Shown: positions 60,222 through 64,000 of the stretch, one piece after another
How positions within the stretch are numbered: the first letter of the stretch is position 1
Layout of the letters: the number at the start of each line of letters is the position of its first letter
NCBI GenBank assembly: GCA_905178155.1
Contig: CAJINV010000012.1
Location: 735,368-799,367, forward strand
Direction: 5' to 3'
Origin: Amoebophrya sp. A120
Taxonomy: Eukaryota > Protista > Dinoflagellata
DNA length: 64,000 nucleotides
The notes under the pieces: generated by a model
What the model saw: only the letters and a program-made list of their open reading frames with translations
The model's database searches: none
What the model was told of the DNA's origin: nothing
Program-made: the position numbers and the translations under genes

Positions 60222-62788
60222 TTATTTGGGCAGAAATTTCGCGTCAACGCCCAAATGTCTCGCTACCATATCTGGCGTGGTCTCAAAGACCTCCACGAAT
60301 CTGTTCCCAAGAATGCCATTGTGCATGTTGTCCACGGCATGTGCTGCATCTTGTGGACTCTTCATTTTCACATACGCCTGCCCGGAATTTTGGCCCCGTA
60401 TGTTCTGTTGTAATTTTGATATACGTCATCCAATTGTAGTTGTGGTTGTAGCAAATGCATGACAGTTGCAGTTTTGTTTGCTTAGGCTTACAAAGCGTTT
60501 CACGCCTGACAAGAAAAAACAAAAGCTCTAAAAGGAGAAGGTGGCCGGATAAAACGAAAGTACTTAAATCAGTTAATCTAAATCTTTTATACCCTCTCCA
60601 GCAGTACGTGGTTTTCTGTAACCCCGTACTCCTTCAGCCAAGTCGCTATTGTGTCCATGGTGCACACTTCAAAGGGGACTCCGCGTAACCTTATCCAACT
60701 GTGCCCATTTCCGCTGGAGGCTGCCCTTCCCGGAGCGGCTTTTGGGAACACTGTTCCGCCGGGCACCGTCTGCACTACACCGCCGCGAATCCCCGGTGCG
60801 GCCTTGGACGGGATTTGGGACAGGGCTGTTTTGTGAATTTGATACGAATAAAGATACGAAGCTATTTTGCCAACTACAACTAGCAGGCGGCTTACCCACT
60901 TCAGATGGAACTAGATTGAAGATATTTCATTCAAATCTATTACTATTTGCATTTTATCCCCCTTTCTCGCAACAAATAAAAATTAATCGCAAAACAAAAT
61001 ATCTTCAATATCTAAACTATCATGATGATCATGATATATCATGTACATCTTCATGCCGAAACACAGTACCAGACACTGCAACCGCATTCGTCTTATCTCG
61101 CTCTACTCTCCTTGGGTCCCGGACCCGCGTTGATGCTGTATGGAAGCGTTAGGATCGAAATCGTCAAAGTTGAAATAATCTGTAATGCAGAAAAGCGATA
61201 CAAGCTGGAGCCCAGTTTGCAAGTGGCGCATGCCAAATTCTCCTGGGAGCATGGAAATCCCATTTGTCATGCTGTTTGAGCAAAGACTGCTTTTGTCATG
61301 CTATTTTAGCAGCTCTATCTCACACCCCAAACAGGCTTATAATCGGCCTCAGTTTCCTGCTCTGCAAGACAGGCCCTTTGCGTCTAGCATTTTATGCATC
61401 ACAAACTATTTCAATTCTGACGATTTCAATCCTGTCACTCCCATATGCTGCGCTTTGGGCGTACACCGTGCTTCCCGCCTTGAATTTCGACCATCCTGAG
61501 CAAAAACGCGGTCCCCACGACGACGACCCAAGAGCCAAGATGTTGGGAAGTCTCAATCTGCTAGACAAATCAATCAGCTTTGGATTTGGTTCTTGTTGCG
61601 CATGACAGGTTTGGCCTCGACCTCGTCTAGTGTAATCCTGCAGAACTAGTTCAGCAGGAGACTTACAGATCTAGGTCTAGCCCTGTATAATGCTGAAAGG
61701 AGCATCTCAAATTCGAAAATACGACCAGAAACAAGTGCTTCTCGTGGGGCTCAGGATGAGAAACAGATTTGCATGAAAACTATGGTCGTGTGGGGAGGAC
61801 GTTTTTACAAAGGATATATTCTTCGCCGGGTTCATGTTGCTCATGTGCGTCCAGGGACGGCCGCACTGCGTCACTTGAATGTATGGATTGCAAAAGTGTC
61901 TGGGTCTGGAAGGACGCAACTTGTCATGCTGTCTCTGGATTCGAAAAAAATCTGTGTTGCGTGACCCGCAACAAGAGAAGTCCACTTTGGGCATTTCTCA
62001 TGCGGAGTACGCATCAGGAAGCCCTCTAAAAATCTGTAATGCGAGGGCATGCATCACAGACGTCATGGGTCATGAAAAAAATGCATGACAAACCTGGCAT
62101 TTTTCCAGACCCAGACATTTTTGCATTTCATAGAATGAACCGATCGCCGATGTACAGGTTGTTGAGCGCTGCGGCGGCTTCCTCCGCGTCTTTTTCCCGG
62201 GTCATCTGAACATAGCAGACGCCCGTTGGACGCCCTTCGCGCGTCAGCTCGATGTAAATCTGGAACATTTATTGCGTAAGTACAGCACTCATGTTCTTGT
62301 TGCATCAATACATCATGCACGAATGTCGCAACATGTAAGATCATGCCCTAAAAAATTTCATTCGTCACACGGAACAGAGAACTGAAACTGAAGATACGTA
62401 CCTGTTCGTACTGTATGATGAATTTCTGTCTTGCGAAGAATTCTTGTATGTCTTTCTTCACCGCCCTAAACGGGATCCCATAACACCGCACCACTTTCAA
62501 ACTGTCTGTGTCAATGGACTCTTTCCGCATATGAGAGTGAACAACTCCCCCTCCCCTCCATTTGAATGGCATGAGCAGCAACACAAGCAACGCCAGAAAT
62601 GTGGCTTGCGCATGACAAATCTGCAGACGGATTCTAGTACCGTTTGAGGGGCCAACATTTGTCATGCGAACTGTGCTTGGAGGCAAGACGTAGAATTGGT
62701 GATTTGCATTACAAATTAGGGGGAGGAGGAGTTGTGCACTCTCATACCGCAGGTCGGCCTGCGAGAAGTAGATGGATTTATCCCCCAT
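60222..62788 (-). CDS. hnRNP F/H / ESRP-like RNA-binding protein with two quasi-RRMs
   Basis: VVRCYGIPF..DIQEFF..GRPTGVCYVQ..IGDRFI|QV and WIRLRGVPF..SGQAYVK..LGNRFVEVF; 4 introners plus canonical introns (e.g. 62260-62401); some middle junctions not resolved. Confidence 0.8.
61139..61445. mobile_element. Introner, family B
   Basis: Family-B TIRs; perfect TSD TGCTG. Confidence 0.92.
61492..61816. mobile_element. Introner, family J (diverged)
   Basis: CATCCTGAGCAAAAACGCGGTCCCCAC / GTGGGGAGGACGTTTTTACAAAGGATA; TSD degenerate; frame restored by element+5. Confidence 0.7.
61882..62132. mobile_element. Introner, family A
   Basis: Family-A TIRs; perfect TSD GAATG; splits the qRRM motif RFI|QV. 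Confidence 0.93.
62530..62746. mobile_element. Introner, family I
   Basis: Family-I TIRs; perfect TSD CCGCA. Confidence 0.92.
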
Positions 62789-64000
62789 GGCGCCAGGGAC
62801 TAGTACGAATTGGTGCTTTACCTTGTGTGATCTGCTTCGCGGTGCGTCAATTCCGGTCTGTTGGTTGATGTTGTTGTTTACACGTCGTCGTAAACAATTA
62901 CGGCAGGAAGTCGGCCAACGGACGTAAACCAGTCTACTCACCACGAGAGGACACGATGCTTATTTTCGGTCGAGGGCTGGCGCCTCTGGCGATGTGAAAG
63001 ACCCCAGCCGGTGGTCGTCGACAGAAGCAAAAAATCTTGTTTCCCGGTTAGTGTTCGTCGCGCGTAGGGTCATGGAGATCAGGATTGTTGTACAAACAAT
63101 GAAAACCTAACTTAAACTTTGTGCCTCAAAAATAGCCGCGTCTTTATCAGTTATCTTTGATTCAGTACACGTTCTTAGAACCGCTCGCTCATCCTCATTT
63201 ATGTTTTCTGTCCGGATTTTTAGATAAAATGACGAGTAAAAATCAAGAATTACAATTTTTCACCAAGCGGTGGGGTTCATGTTGAAGAAGTGAATTTACG
63301 AATTACAGAGGCCTGCGTGGCGGTCGTAGTAAAAATAGTCTATTCGGATTTACATCAGTATACCCAAATAGAACTCGAGCTCCAACCAAGTCTCGAGCTG
63401 ATCACTGTGTCGCGTAGCGCGAAAGTACTTAGATAAGTCAAGAATAGATCTTCTACTTGAAGAGGCGATCGCAGTTATTTTCCGTTGAGGTTTTTCCTTT
63501 ACATGCTCGATCATGTACAACATGTTGCAGAAGAGCAACGTGCTTACTTTGGTGCACTTAAACTTATGGCATGGTCATCGCCCGCGCGTTGGATCGACTA
63601 CACGAACACATGCCAACATTTTTGTGGTAGGGGGACCAGAAATCCCATACGCAACTACAGAGACTCCTGCGTTTGCCCTCTGCGCTGCTGGTCGTCTGGA
63701 CTAATCGCACTTATCTTCTTCTTCGTGAGCTATTGTCCTGCCCCCGCGGCTTAGAACATCAACCACTATTAAGTAGAAATCCAGATGTGGACGTCCTCTA
63801 CGTTTCTCATTCTTGAGGACCCTTGCCGCCGATAGGAATCGTGTTCATTGTCGCGAAAATTCTTGAAATCTCGTAGTTTCATTCAGATGAGAATGATGTT
63901 TAAAATGTAAATGGTTATCCATAAAATTTTCATTCTGCGAAGCGAAGCCTATGCCCGGGTGGTAACTAATGCGAAAAATGGTGTGTGATTTTTGTTTGCC

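Noticed and set aside
17360-62132. Recurring GTCTGGGTCTGGAA repeats as a CRISPR array
   Set aside because: They are dispersed inverted pairs with TSDs in a eukaryotic context; there is no regular spacer array or cas gene.

Overview
Eukaryotic nuclear DNA, not prokaryotic. It is most consistent with a Syndiniales parasitic dinoflagellate (Amoebophrya-like); this is inferred from the intron architecture. About 14 genes or gene pieces could be reconstructed, all on the minus strand. Roughly 1-38 kb is a cluster of secreted or surface proteins: four spondin/TSP1-like Cys-repeat paralogs, an F-type-lectin/F5-8C-like protein, a Cys-module/mucin protein and a multipass membrane protein. After it come UBA2/SAE2, a coiled-coil protein, a small membrane protein, a HAD-family (DWDDT) protein and an hnRNP F/H-like qRRM protein. 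The dominant feature is about 40 short (150-400 bp) MITE-like introner insertions from about 12 terminal-inverted-repeat (TIR) families, which I label A-L. Nearly all begin TAT and end ATA, and most have a recognisable 5-bp target-site duplication (TSD). They sit in coding exons in either orientation and mostly lack GT-AG ends. Most families share a repeated internal GCAT(G/C/T)ACAA motif. Deleting element + 5 nt restored the reading frame at every coding junction I translated by hand. The window also shows empty paralogous sites, intermediates grading into canonical GT-AG introns, and retroposon-like inserts nested inside introners. No transposase, RNA gene or CRISPR array was seen. Splicing is inferred from frame restoration, not observed, and coordinates were counted by hand.
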